DNA from: Rhodosorus marinus CCMP1338
Lineage: Eukaryota; Plantae; Rhodophyta
Direction: 5' to 3'
Length of the DNA stretch: 64,000 nucleotides
Assembly (NCBI GenBank): GCA_029953675.1
Contig: JAMWBK010000003.1
Coordinates: forward strand, 1,054,001 to 1,118,000
Shown: positions 49,978 to 61,538 of the stretch, one piece after another
Layout of the letters: the number at the start of each line of letters is the position of its first letter
Position numbering within the stretch: position 1 is the first letter of the stretch
Translations under genes and position numbers: made by a program
The notes under the pieces: generated by a model
What the model saw: the letters and a program-made list of their open reading frames with translations, nothing else
Databases searched by the model: none
What the model was told of the DNA's origin: nothing

Positions 49978-50180
49978 CCATAATTCCGTAAGCTTGAGGT
50001 GGACATTCATTTACTACAGGACTAATATAACTTTTATCCGAGCTTTGACTTATAAAAGCTGCCTAGGTTCCTAGGAACAAACTCAGTAACCCGACTTTAG
50101 GCACTCACAAGTTTATCTCGGTTTCGATCAGCATCTTCAATCTCATAAACGGGAGTTCACGGTTCGCTTTCGATGCCCAC

Positions 50181-51428
50181 CTAGAGCATGGCAAGGAGCT
50201 TCTCATCAAGAGACCTTGAATCCTTTGCAAACCCTCGAATACCTTCAGAGAGCTTATCCGTAGCCATTTTATCCTCATTCATATACCAACGGAATGACGC
50301 TTCATCTGTGGCCAGCTTCGTCTCCAGATCACACAAATTTGCAGCTGGCATCTGCAAATGTGGCACCACTTCATCATAGCTGTTCTTCATCTGCTCAATG
50401 AACTTTGGAGCAATCGTCTATGGACAAATAGATGTCAAAATGGTCCAATTCGTCAGCTCTATGAAACAGGATGCAGCAAGTACCTGGGAACTGAGATGTC
50501 ATTCCGCAAACCTACCAGGCGATCGCATCCAGCCAGCTGCAAGATTTCGTCCAAATTTCTGAAGCTAGCACCCATGACGATGGTTTTGTAGTCGTGGCAC
50601 TTGTAGTAATTGAAGATGTTCTTCACAGAGATGACGCCGGGGTCCTCTTCGGGTGCATAGCTCTCAACTCCGTACTCCTTCTTGTTCCAATCCAAAATTC
50701 TTCCAACAAATGGGGAGACGAGAGTGGCTCCAACATCAGCTGCCACAGCGGCCTGCGCGAGAGAAAAGATCAAACTGCATTCACCCCGAAGAAATCGAGC
50801 ATTTTAGTCTACATTGAAGAGGGGTACGCTATTGACAGCTCTAGACTTACGTCATATTGCACGAGATCCCGTCCTTTTCCAGGATCTCGCAAGCCTTCAG
50901 GCCCTCCCAAGTACTTGCAAGTTTGATAAGGATACGATCCTTCCCAACTCCAACTTCCTCGTACATTCTGAGAAGCTCATGTGCCTTCTCCACACTTGCT
51001 TCCGTGTCAAAGCTCAGTCGAGCATCGACTTCTGTGGAAACGTAGCCGGGCACGATTTTGGTGATCTCAGCTCCGAAAAGGGTTGAAAGCTTGTCGCGAG
51101 CAACCACAAGCTGCGATTCTTTCGTGCTAGCCGACTTTTGCGCGTACTTGATCGCGGTCGCAACCAGGGCGTTGTACCGATCCATTGATGCTGCAGTGTA
51201 AATCAGCGACGGATTTGTCGTCGCATCAACTGGCTTATGCTTCCTGATCGTATCAAAGTCTCCAGTATCCTCGACTATAACCGTCAACTTTTGCAAGTTC
51301 TCAAACTGCGTAGCCTTCTCCGTATCTACTGCAGCCTCTGCCTGCGCCTGTCGACGACTGCTCACATTGCATCTCGCACCAGCTACGCGCCTCGTAGAAA
51401 ACGAAGAGCCAACTACAAATCCGATCAT
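50181..51428 (-). CDS. TAL: Transaldolase with probable plastid transit peptide; 3 exons
   Basis: [29 protein letters not shown], Schiff-base Lys motif [29 protein letters not shown] and LSEGIRGF. N-terminus [10 protein letters not shown]. Confidence 0.96.
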
Positions 51429-53954
51429 CTTGAATACTGCAACCTTTGAACTTTCTAAAATATCATCCACAAAGGATCCACAGCTCTATACACCTACCCT
51501 TGCAACCTTCAAACACCCAACCACACCACCTTCTCCCCCCCGCAACCCCGCCATCCTCCCACAATCGCGAGCGTCCCTTATATATCCTCTAAGCAAGCAC
51601 TCCATCCTGTCGAGATCCTCATCAAAATGCAGACTTTTGATCAAAACAAAATTGCAAACGTACAAATATTTTTTCACTAAACGAAAAACCAAGGAGCAAA
51701 GTCTCGTTCCCTAATTAAAAACTTGTTGGCCAAGCAAAAAAAAAAAAAAAAAGAGAGGGGAACATTCGGCCCTTGGCGTAAAGCCGTTCGCACCTCATTG
51801 CTTTTTCTCTATTTTAGTTACAATTTCAAGCCCCAGGTACAATTCAATCGTCTTTTTTATTGTATGATTGAGGAAACATCCTTTCACAATTACACCACAC
51901 CAACTCTTTAAAACAAAACTATTTCACGAGTCAGACCACTATTTACCTGCTGTATTCCACGATCACCTTCCTAAATATTTAATTATACAATATTATCATT
52001 CTAGTATCTCATGAATCAAACTTTAAGTATTGAGATATATTTCTACCTCCGTACAGGACAGACTGTCTTTACTCAAATTAACCAATAATCTCATACCATA
52101 TCCTATTGGTCCTTTTTTAATTTGAAAATCTTTTCCGTTGGGGTGATTGAAAACGAAGCCAATCCTCGTTTAGTAAGTCGATGAGTTCAGTCCATTTGGT
52201 AGTCTCTTGGCGGACGACAAGACGGATAGTGTTTGTGTGTGTAGGTTTTCTTGGACAGCCATCGGCGGAGGGGGATTTGCATGGCTGTTATCTCTATGGT
52301 TTTTGGAGGAAACACCCTCAGACTCTGAGACTGTGGCAAAAAAAAAAAAAAAAAATTCCTTCGTGATGAGGGTTTGATCAACCCCAATCTCTACTAGCAC
52401 ACACTGGCTCGGGAAAAACGGATGTGCGCTTTGTGTGCGGAGGCTTTTTTCTGTACGGGGATCAGTAAAGTATTTAGTGGTCGGGATTTCGCTGGAATAT
52501 ACGACTGGATTGGCATGTTTGGGGATGCTGTATCTTATGCTTGTCGTATGTTATGAAATTTTCTTTTTTTGGATCGTGATTTTCTACGCTGTACTGAGCC
52601 TTCAGATTCTGGACGTTCTGTTTTTTGGATGAAGTACGAACTGGATCGACTGTGCTTGGACATTCGACTCTCCACGGCTCGGACTTGAATGCATTGTCAG
52701 AAGGCTGAACTGGACATCCGATGTATATGGTGACCCTCAGTGTACGGATCAAGGCATGAGCTAGCGGCCAGTTGAAGTCAGTCTTCTCCGCTTGGAGTCG
52801 TCCGCATGGCTTAGGCCGTTGTGCTACATCCACTTGCTTGAAGACTTTCTTGATCAGGTTGTTTCCTTTAGAGTATGCGCAGATGAACAGATGCGATCCG
52901 CAGTATCGGAAAATTCTCTGAGCGCTCCTCGTTTTGGGACGGTTCAGAGCTCGTTCTCCTCATCGTGTTAATTCTGTATTGAACATTGTTCGTCGTAGTG
53001 AACAGAAGCGATCAAGGACGTAAACACTGTGGAATCAATATCGTTCCTCTTATGCGTATCTATGGGCTGGCACCTGTCTGCGTGTCAGCTTAGGGAACAG
53101 CGCACCCACTCACGCCGAGCAGCGCTTTTGTAGCAGTTGGTGTTTCTCATATAGGTAATAGCAGATTCGACAAGTGCCAGGTGTGCCTTGTGCGATCATT
53201 CGGCATGGGAGTTGTATCGATCCACTAGTGTATCTTCCACAGTAGTCTATAAAGCCGCGTAACCTTCTGGGAAGGCGAAATCTACGGCACCAAACCGCAT
53301 CCGCGCTTTGACGGAGGGTTCAGAACGATCGGAGCAACCTCATCATCTCGCGTCCGGATTGAAAAATCGACTCTAGGATTGCTACGCAGTTTCTGAGCTG
53401 TGTCACTGATTTTCTTTGAGCTATAAAATACTAGTAATCAGACCACGCACTCGAGACCTCGTCAACCGCGCGGAGACTGAGGCTTCTGTCACCTCAAAAG
53501 TCATTTGGCTGTTCCCTCAATTCCGATCTTCAAGCTTTTCGCTCCTACGCAGAGAATGGACAGAGTCAAAAACAATCCAGGATGCCAAAAACTCTATCAA
53601 CGAGTCCGCCACATTCTTGAAACGAGCTGAATCAGTACACCAGCCTCGCGCAGGTGAACTCAGCAGTGCTTTGCGACGTGCTCCATCCATTTTCTCACGG
53701 TCCCTTCCTGACGATGTTACTGAGCAACAAGTTTATCTGAAAGTTGAAGAGATCTTTGACGGCAATAAAAGTCATCTGTAGAAAATCAAAATTGACAACT
53801 GAACTTGGTGACCACCTCGCTCTCCATACACAGTCGCGGTGGTTGGAAGGCTTCACGCTTGAGCAATCTGGTTGAGAGAAGGCTGGTTGATATGGGAAAG
53901 CTTGAAGATGAATTTCATATTGTTAGGATGGCTTGAGTAAAGGATCATTTGGTG

Positions 53955-55207
53955 ATGGAGAAGTATCGAAATACTGCTGATCATTCAACGGGAGTACATC
54001 CCTTTATTCCCATAGTTGGAGTTGGGTTTCCCGTTCTGAACGTAGTGCTCGCGCCAGTTTTTCTTGCCGTACGGATACCAGTCTTTCTCGTGGGTGCTTG
54101 TCTTCTTGTTTTATCTGAAGTTATTGGCGCTTTTGCGAGGTTGGCGGCGAAAACCTTGCTTGTCGCGTTCGGAGCGAGTCGCGTGGAGGAGAAACTGTTG
54201 CGGCCTGGGGCAGATGAGACGCCTGAGATCATCGTCGCTAACCATGGTAGATCAGATCCTTTCCGAATTTAACTGCTCTGCCCTAATTCTGTTCGTTGCG
54301 CTGGTATTCACTGACAACTTCTCTTTCATCCTTCCACAAAATCAAGGATCGTTTATCGACGTGCTTCACGTAGCGTCGCGATTCTCCGCGCGGACGTTTG
54401 TGATCTACGACTCGGGAAAACACAAATTTGTGTCAAAGTCTCTTCTCAAGGCAGTCCTGCATTCATTCAGCAGCGCAGATGTCTCTAGGTCTACTGATAA
54501 CAAGGTGCTGGAGGTTGATTTCAAGTCCATCAAGTACCCGACCGTTGTTCTACCTGAAGGAACTACCTCGAACGGAAGAGGGATTCTAACTTTCCTAAGC
54601 GGTGCGTTCAGAGGTATGTGAGCGCATAAAAATCTCGTTCAGTAGCCCCAAACAATGCACTGCAGTGGTGGTATCTCAGGTACATCTTTCTTCAAACTTT
54701 CTTGGCCATCCAAGGTGTCGATCGAGGAAAGAAAATTACGTTGGTTGGGTTCAACTATGGAAATCCCCGAGTTGTAACCTTCTCAGCGGTATGCGACAGC
54801 CCAAAAATTTCTCCAAAAGCTACGCTTCAAAGGCCTTTTCAGCTGACTGCGGACATACGTGCTTAAATTTGTGGCCTGTTCTTCAGTCCTACACCGTTGG
54901 AAGCAGCGTTTCTTACTTGCTGAAGATGTTAGCTCATAGCAGATGTATTGTCAGTACCAGAATTTCAATGCTGACGACACAGTCATCCGTAAGAGACAAA
55001 AGCCGTGCAAGCTCCTATCCAGTCTCCTTCGGTCTGATTCTAAACCTCTCTAATCCTCTACACGGGGAACCATAGGACCCGTCCGTTGAGATACGAAAGG
55101 CTCTAACCAATGCTGCTCAACTACCCTTGCTATCGGTTGGACACAGTGAACGGGTAGAGTTCGAAAGAAACTGGCGCACCACGCAGGGCGCAAGGGCCTA
55201 TTCGTAG
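53955..55207 (+). CDS. Lysophospholipid acyltransferase, LOA1/Vps66/AUP1-like; multi-exon
   Basis: N-terminal MEKYRNTADHSTGVHPFIP (yeast Loa1-type), spliced IVANH-GSFID (HX4D motif) and LPEGTTSNGRGIL. Stop TAG 55205-55207. Confidence 0.8.
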
Positions 55208-55699
55208 GAAAATGGGTAACGGAAATCTCGCCCTCGATTCGCCGTTTGGGCTTTTCAACTTTTTAAGTGGAAGCAATGAAAGGCCTGTTTCCATCTTTAA
55301 TGGGGTTACTATTCCGCCACGGATACCTGATTCTGCTTCCCGTAAAATAATTTTTCTTTATCAACCGGATTCGGTTTCTTGCTTCTCGGGCCTTCATGCT
55401 TCGCACGGTAGTAGGTTTAGATCTGCAGGTACTTTTTCCACGAATCTAGCGGAGGTACCCAGCCCACTCGCGGCGACTTTGCGCGCGAGGTATTAAATTG
55501 AACCAGTGCCTCCTTTTCTGGGGTCGAGAATCACAGATGCTGGCGTTGCAGAAGGGTCAATACCCTCAGAAAACAGGCGAACTTCCAAGGAGTATGGCTC
55601 TTAGTGCCAAATTCCCGATGTCCATTATGCACTTCATGTTTTGAATTGCAAAGCCACCTCCGGATCCACCATTCCATCCATCCGTGGAGAGCGCAGTGT

Positions 55700-57654
55700 C
55701 TATGGCGTATCTCTAATCTTCAAAACAACTCCTACGCCAATTGTTGCTCCTTCATCTCGGATCATGAACCGTCCCAGTTGCGCGAATTCCTTGAAGGGCT
55801 CGATGCAGACACCTTGCGCAGTGGAAATCCGTGCAATGACAGTCATTCCCGGCTTTGCAAACCTGTTTAAAACGTGCGAGAAAGCACATGTCTTAGGCTG
55901 TTGCTCTTGCTCCTGCTCTTTGCTCCGAGGAGCTCAAGGATTCTTCTCCGGACGCCAATTGCAGACGTGGAACTTTCTTACCTGGGATTCTTCGTAGCAA
56001 TTTCCCCCGTTTTCTTGTCCAGAACAGCAAGTAGTTTCTCGATTGAGCACTCAACAACAGCTGCATTCACATGCATAACAGCGCTGTAGCCTGCTGTGAT
56101 AATGCTCTTGTGCTCTAGAATCATGAGCCGGACGTCGAAGCGATTTGAACCCTTAATTTCGAAAACAGATACCCACGGTGAGACAATTAGAACCACCCAG
56201 CCTCTTAGAGGCAATAGACTTAACGGAGAAGCCTTTGCAGCACTCACCGGGATAGCATGATCCTCAGAGCAAATCACAGAACCAATTCTAACGTCTTCTT
56301 CTTCAATACCTTTGAGCCTGAGCCGCAAGTTGTCTCCCGGTTCTGCTCTTTTCAAGTCATCTCCCGTCTCTAGCTGTATGGCCTCGATCATGATCGGGCC
56401 TCTACTGGGCATAACAACAAGCCTCTGGTTGACCGTGATGACACCAGATTCAAGCTTGCCCATAACGACTGTTCCCATTTCCTTGTACTTTTCGAAAATC
56501 GGAAACCTAACCGGTGCTTTCATCAGTCGCTCGGGGGGTTTCAAGTTCTCCAAAGCGTCCAACAGGGGCTCTCCCTTAAACCATGGGCAGATTTCCGGTG
56601 TGACCTTCAGCCTGAGGTTCTCGCCGCTTATACCCGAGATGGGCAACCATGTGAGGTCGCTAGGCCGCCATCCAACCTAAAAAGCAAAGAGACAAGAGCA
56701 ACACCAGCGCTTAGTTTCCGAATGCGTGGCGTTCAACTATCCATGGCAGATGCTTACCTGTTTCAAGTACGGAAGAAGTTTTTCCCGGCATTCGTCGTAT
56801 CTCTCCTTTGACCATTTGCCGTCTGCAAGCAAAATGGTTGGATCGTCCATTTTATTGATTAACACGATCAGGGAGCGAACTCCGGATGTCTTTGCGAGCA
56901 TAGCGTGCTCTCTGGTTTGCCCTCCTCTTTCAAACCCTGTCTCAAACTCTCCCTTCCGCGCAGAGATCACAAGAAGAGCAACGTCCGCTTGAGATGCACC
57001 TCCAATCATGTGGGGAACGAAATTCTTGTGGCCCGGGGCATCCAGAATTGTAAACTTCTTCGACTCGGTAACAAACGTAGCTCGACCGCACTCCTCGGTT
57101 TTTCCCTTGTTTCGCTCTTGCTCGGTAGTGTCCAAGGCCCAGGCATACTTCCAGCTTTCTCTGTTTCTGGCCTTCGCCTCACGCTCGAACTTTTCCATTG
57201 TCCTCTCGTCCACGCCACCTGTTAGGTACAAAATGTGCCCCGAAATTGTAGACTTTCCCGCATCAACGTGACCGATAAACACAATATTAACATGTCTCTT
57301 GCCGTCACCAGAACCCTCAAAGTTAGCAATTATTTCGCCCTCTTGCTCTTCGCCGACGGTTTCTTCGACATCTTCAGCCGGTCCTGCAGCCGGCTCTGCA
57401 GTCGGCTCGGAACTTTGTTCCTCAATTGATACTTTCTTGACCTCCTCCGCAGCATTATCAACGATGCCGATGTCCCCGTTAACATTGTCAGCACTCACAC
57501 GGGCCTCAGAAGAATCAGCCCCCGCAGCAGAATCTTCCCAAGATTCAGTCACCTCCTCACCAGCCTCACCTTCAGGTTCCACCTTTTCATCCGGCACTTC
57601 CGCCGGCGCCGGAGCTCCAAACCTCGGAACAAAAACTGGAGCGTCTGGATCCAT
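55700..57654 (-). CDS. eRF3: Eukaryotic release factor 3 (SUP35/GSPT); 3 exons
   Basis: PAM2-like MDPDAPVFVP, NIVFIGHVDAGKST, RNRESWKYAWALD, DAPGHKNFVPHMIGGASQAD, INKMDD and QLGRFMIRDEG. Stop TAG 55700-55702. Confidence 0.97.
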
Positions 57655-57928
57655 GCCTCCACAATCCTAATTTCCAGCAACAATAAGAAAAAACAGCAAA
57701 CACCTTCACCCTCACCAAAACACAGAACAATCTAAAGCTCTATACTCTACGCTTCCTTCACTCCCATGCCCAACGCAAACCCCCCACCTTCTCCCTCTTA
57801 TCCAAATATCTAGATCTTATAATACCCACTCCAAATCCCTCCCACACACCCTAAAAACAAAAAAGTTATCTTCACAAATATACACATTTACATCTCTCTC
57901 CTCCCAATATCTATATCTCTCCCTCTCC

Positions 57929-57931
<3 letters not shown>

Positions 57932-57986
<55 letters not shown>
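57932..57986. repeat. (CT/GA)~27 microsatellite within a pyrimidine-rich tract upstream of eRF3
   Basis: Read directly; lies about 280 bp 5' of the eRF3 ATG. Confidence 0.95.
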
Positions 57987-57990
<4 letters not shown>

Positions 57991-59367
57991 TCACTCTCCA
58001 CTCTCTCTCACCCTCTCTCTCCCTCCCTCTCTCCCTCTCCCCCTCTCTCTTTCTATCTTCCCGAACTTTCTAAAAAGAATGGCAGAAATCCGCATCCCAA
58101 CAGCACAAAACAAAATTTCTCTTTAAAAAACTTAGGTTGTTGAAAACGGAGAAGAAAAAAATCCAATATGGTAGAGTCCGTCCCGACCGGATACGAGCTA
58201 AAAATTTCAAATTATATATTATCTACACCAATAATAATCTATTTAGGATATACTCTGATGAAATAAAATAAGACACGTGTCTGGAATGATATTATAAGCA
58301 AATTGTAGTTTTGCACGTGTCGTTGGTTTTATGTAGTTTAGGGGGGGTTGGGGTTTGTTGGTTTTATGGATTGAGTCGAGTTTTTTTGTTCTTTTATATT
58401 GTAATATTCGTATTCTCGGTGGTTCGTTGGATCCCCTAGGTTTCGTTCCGTTGTGGTTGCGTGTGGTTGATGGATGGGTTGGAGAAGGTTGTAGTATTGG
58501 GGCTGGTCTGGCTGGATTTGTGCGTTTGACAAGTTGAGAACTTCAAACTACTCTCCTTAACGGTGTTTACTGCGCTACCCCAACCGCGGTGAGGATGACC
58601 AGAACCGGGCCCATCGTCTTTTGGTGAGGAGTTTTCACCTTTTATGAAGTTGCAGTTGTTGACCTTCATTGACCTTGTCCCTCTGCGAGAGAGTGTTGAC
58701 ACCCGCTTTTCGGTCGACTAATAGAAGCTTAAGAGTTCCATCAAGTGCATGTCCAATACTTTGGGCTTCCTGCGCATCTCGTGGGCAGCTCGTAGTAGTC
58801 GGCTGAAATAGGCCAGGAGTTATACCAGTCGCCCACTATACACGATACGGTGAGGAGAAAAGTCCCGCAAAAGTATTTCCAGACCTCTCATAAGAGCGAA
58901 TTCTATAACTCTCTTGACTCAACAGCTCGTGACACTCGGCCTAGGAGCCCTTCGAAGATTCCAATCGGCAGAGCCCGTTTTCTGCGGAACAATTTCTACG
59001 AAGGACGTTTTTCAGTAGACCTAAAGACACCCATGGGCTTAGCAAAGGTCAAAAGTTGCTAGAGCATCTCCATTCTATCCCCTGTGTGTATTGTCCTCAT
59101 CACCCTGAAAACCGTTTCGCACGATCAGAGGGCTGACAGTAGTCGATGATGTCTTTTTTTGGTGCGGATGGGCTAATGAGATACATTTAGAATTTTCATA
59201 ATAATTATGTTTTGGTTTCCGGTGGAATCCGATTCTGGTGGAGGAGTTGAACGGGTGTACATAAGGAGCGAAGAGACGCTTGGATGAGGAGTTGGTAGGA
59301 GAGCAGTATTATCCTTGAAAACTGATGGATAATTTTAGCGCTGCGACTGAAGACAGAGAGATTCAGG

Positions 59368-60357
59368 ATGCTGGGTGTTCGGGTTCCGATTGTATTGGCG
59401 CCAATGGTGGGGGTCAGCGGCTGGGAGCTGGCAAGTCAGGTGGCACGTTCCGGTGGGTTGGGTTTGATTGGTGTGGGTCATGAGGGAGGGACTGGTCCGG
59501 ATAAGTTGAGAGCTGATTATAAGAAGGCTCTTGATTCTGGTGCAAAGGCGAGCTCACTCGGGTTCGGTTTCACAGTCGAGTTCATGGACAAAGATGATCA
59601 GAGTTTTAAGCAGGTATTAGAGCTGAACCCGAAGCCCGGCGTGGTCTGGCTATCCTTTGGACACGAGCAAAACATGAGGGCTAGAGTAGAACAGGTTGTT
59701 AATTCTGGTATAAAAGTCATGACAATGGCACATAGTGTTGGAGAAGCAGTTTCTCAGCATCGCTTGGGATCCAACGCGGTTGTGCTGCAGAGCGGTGATG
59801 CAGGAGGTCATGGAACGCAGATTCATTCGGATTCGTATACATCTACAGTACCGGAATTTAGAACACATGTTGGAAAGGACTTTCCAGTGCTCGCGGCAGG
59901 CGGAGTTGTTGCCGGTGATGGGCTTGCAGCGGCGCTGACGGTTGGTGCGGATGGCGTAGTCATCGGAACGCGATTCAGTGTCTGCAAGGAATCGATGGTG
60001 CCTCCGGACTACAAGAGAGAACTAATCGGGTGCGATACCCATTCGGCTTCCTTGCGAAGTGAATCATGGGACCTTTTTGCAGCTACAAAATATCCTCCTC
60101 GTATTCATGCGCGGGCCGTTAGCAACGTTGTTTCGAAGCGGTTTCATTCGCCCGTTGGAAGCGAGAACAAAACAATCACCCAACAGGACAAAGATTGGTT
60201 TAGCAACGGCGGTATGGAAACTAGACCAGTGTGGGCTGGAGCAGGTGTGGCACGGGTAACCAAGGAGGATTCCGCGAAGGAGGCGATCGACTCAATGCTA
60301 GAAGAAGCCCGCAGCGCTCTGAACCAAGCGGATATGGCTTTAAAACGAATTATCTGA
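59368..60357 (+). CDS. Nitronate monooxygenase / 2-nitropropane dioxygenase family FMN enzyme, intronless
   Basis: PIVLAPM, GGLGLIG, QSGDAGGHG (catalytic His motif), PVLAAGG, GADGVVIGTRF and VWAGAGV; 329-aa single ORF. Confidence 0.92.
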   Translation: MLGVRVPIVLAPMVGVSGWELASQVARSGGLGLIGVGHEGGTGPDKLRADYKKALDSGAKASSLGFGFTVEFMDKDDQSFKQVLELNPKPGVVWLSFGHEQNMRARVEQVVNSGIKVMTMAHSVGEAVSQHRLGSNAVVLQSGDAGGHGTQIHSDSYTSTVPEFRTHVGKDFPVLAAGGVVAGDGLAAALTVGADGVVIGTRFSVCKESMVPPDYKRELIGCDTHSASLRSESWDLFAATKYPPRIHARAVSNVVSKRFHSPVGSENKTITQQDKDWFSNGGMETRPVWAGAGVARVTKEDSAKEAIDSMLEEARSALNQADMALKRII

Positions 60358-60517
60358 CAGAACGTGATGGTTGATGTCTGGAAGTAAAGGTTATGTGGAA
60401 ACAGGCTCGCTTTTATGCCAGAAAAGAAGACGTTTGGTGAGGAATCTGAGCATATCCTGCAATGCTTCCCGAATATGGTATTTATCACGGAAGGAGACAT
60501 AGCTAAGATTTTATGAA

Positions 60518-61538
60518 CTAGTCCTTAAGGAAGATTAGAGTTCTGTTTGCAGGAACGTTAGGACACTGCGACGTCGACAGTTTTCGGAAACGCTTAAATT
60601 CATCCTTGCTGATCTTTCTGTTTGCATCGCCGGTGAAACCTCTGGTGCTGATCTGAATGAATACTCCACCATCGCGAAGCTCATAAACGCCTCTCCTCTC
60701 CACTTGGAACGAATCCCCATACGGCTCAACACCTCCTCCACCGCCACCACCGCCTCCGGAACATCTGTATCATGCAAACGAGCGAGTTGCTCCAGGTCAG
60801 CGCACTTGTCTACCAGGTATGGTGCTTTTGAATGGCATGCTGAACTCACTTTTCAGGGCATCCGAGAACGCAGGCCCACCAGGAGAGATCGAACGGTTCG
60901 TAGAAGACGGAGCAAAGCAGTTTGCACGTCTGGATACACTGAGCGCGGTTCTTCGATTTCGTCATTTTCTTAGCGATGACTTGATCCGGGCCCTTGGGCT
61001 TACGATTCAAGCATCGAGCTTTCCGCATTTTCGCCCAATGGCTCTTGGAATCCTTGAGGATGGTGCGCTGAACGTTCCTCGTAATCCCTCCAGTGTCAAT
61101 AATGACTCTGACGCCACCTTCCTCAAGTTCGTAGTAACCATCATCGCCGATAGTATACTCCGGGTCTCCGTACGGTTCAACACCACCGCCGCCACCACCA
61201 CCGCCACCGCCACACCTGAATCACAGGACGAGTTCATTGGTGAGGGAAACGGTCGGAGCCGAAAAAGCTAGATCTGGAGAATTAACGTACTTGTCGGGGC
61301 AACCGAGAATACACGCCCACCAGGAGAGATCGTAAATTTCGTAGAAGACCGAACACAACAGCTTGCAAGTCTGTATGCAGCTTGCAAGGTTTGATGATGA
61401 TGTCATAGCAGCTGCAATCGAGCCCCTTCGAACAATCTTCTTTATGACCACCCTTTCGGCACTGGTGTCAACCAAGCCATGATCGCCAGCGGCAAGTGCA
61501 ACCAGCACAAACAATATCAAACAGAACTTTACTTGCAT
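60518..61538 (-). CDS. Secreted protein with two Cys6 hairpin modules, poly-Gly linkers and two related downstream domains; 3 exons (61538-61291, 61215-60850, 60764-60518)
   Basis: Signal peptide MQVKFCLILFVLVALAAG. CIQTCKLLCSVFYE(IY/PF)DLSWWAC(I/V)LGCP(D/E)KC occurs twice. Both introns are phase 2 at the same position inside the Lys codon before the last Cys, and the spliced frame is open to TAG 60518-60520. Confidence 0.88.

Noticed and set aside
53090-53250. Minus-strand frame with a single in-frame TGA (53196-53198)
   Set aside because: No start, no family similarity, and the flanking frames are closed; probably chance or decayed sequence.
52435-53781. ORFs between transaldolase and the acyltransferase
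   Set aside because: Non-ATG starts, no motifs, and no consistent exon chain could be built.
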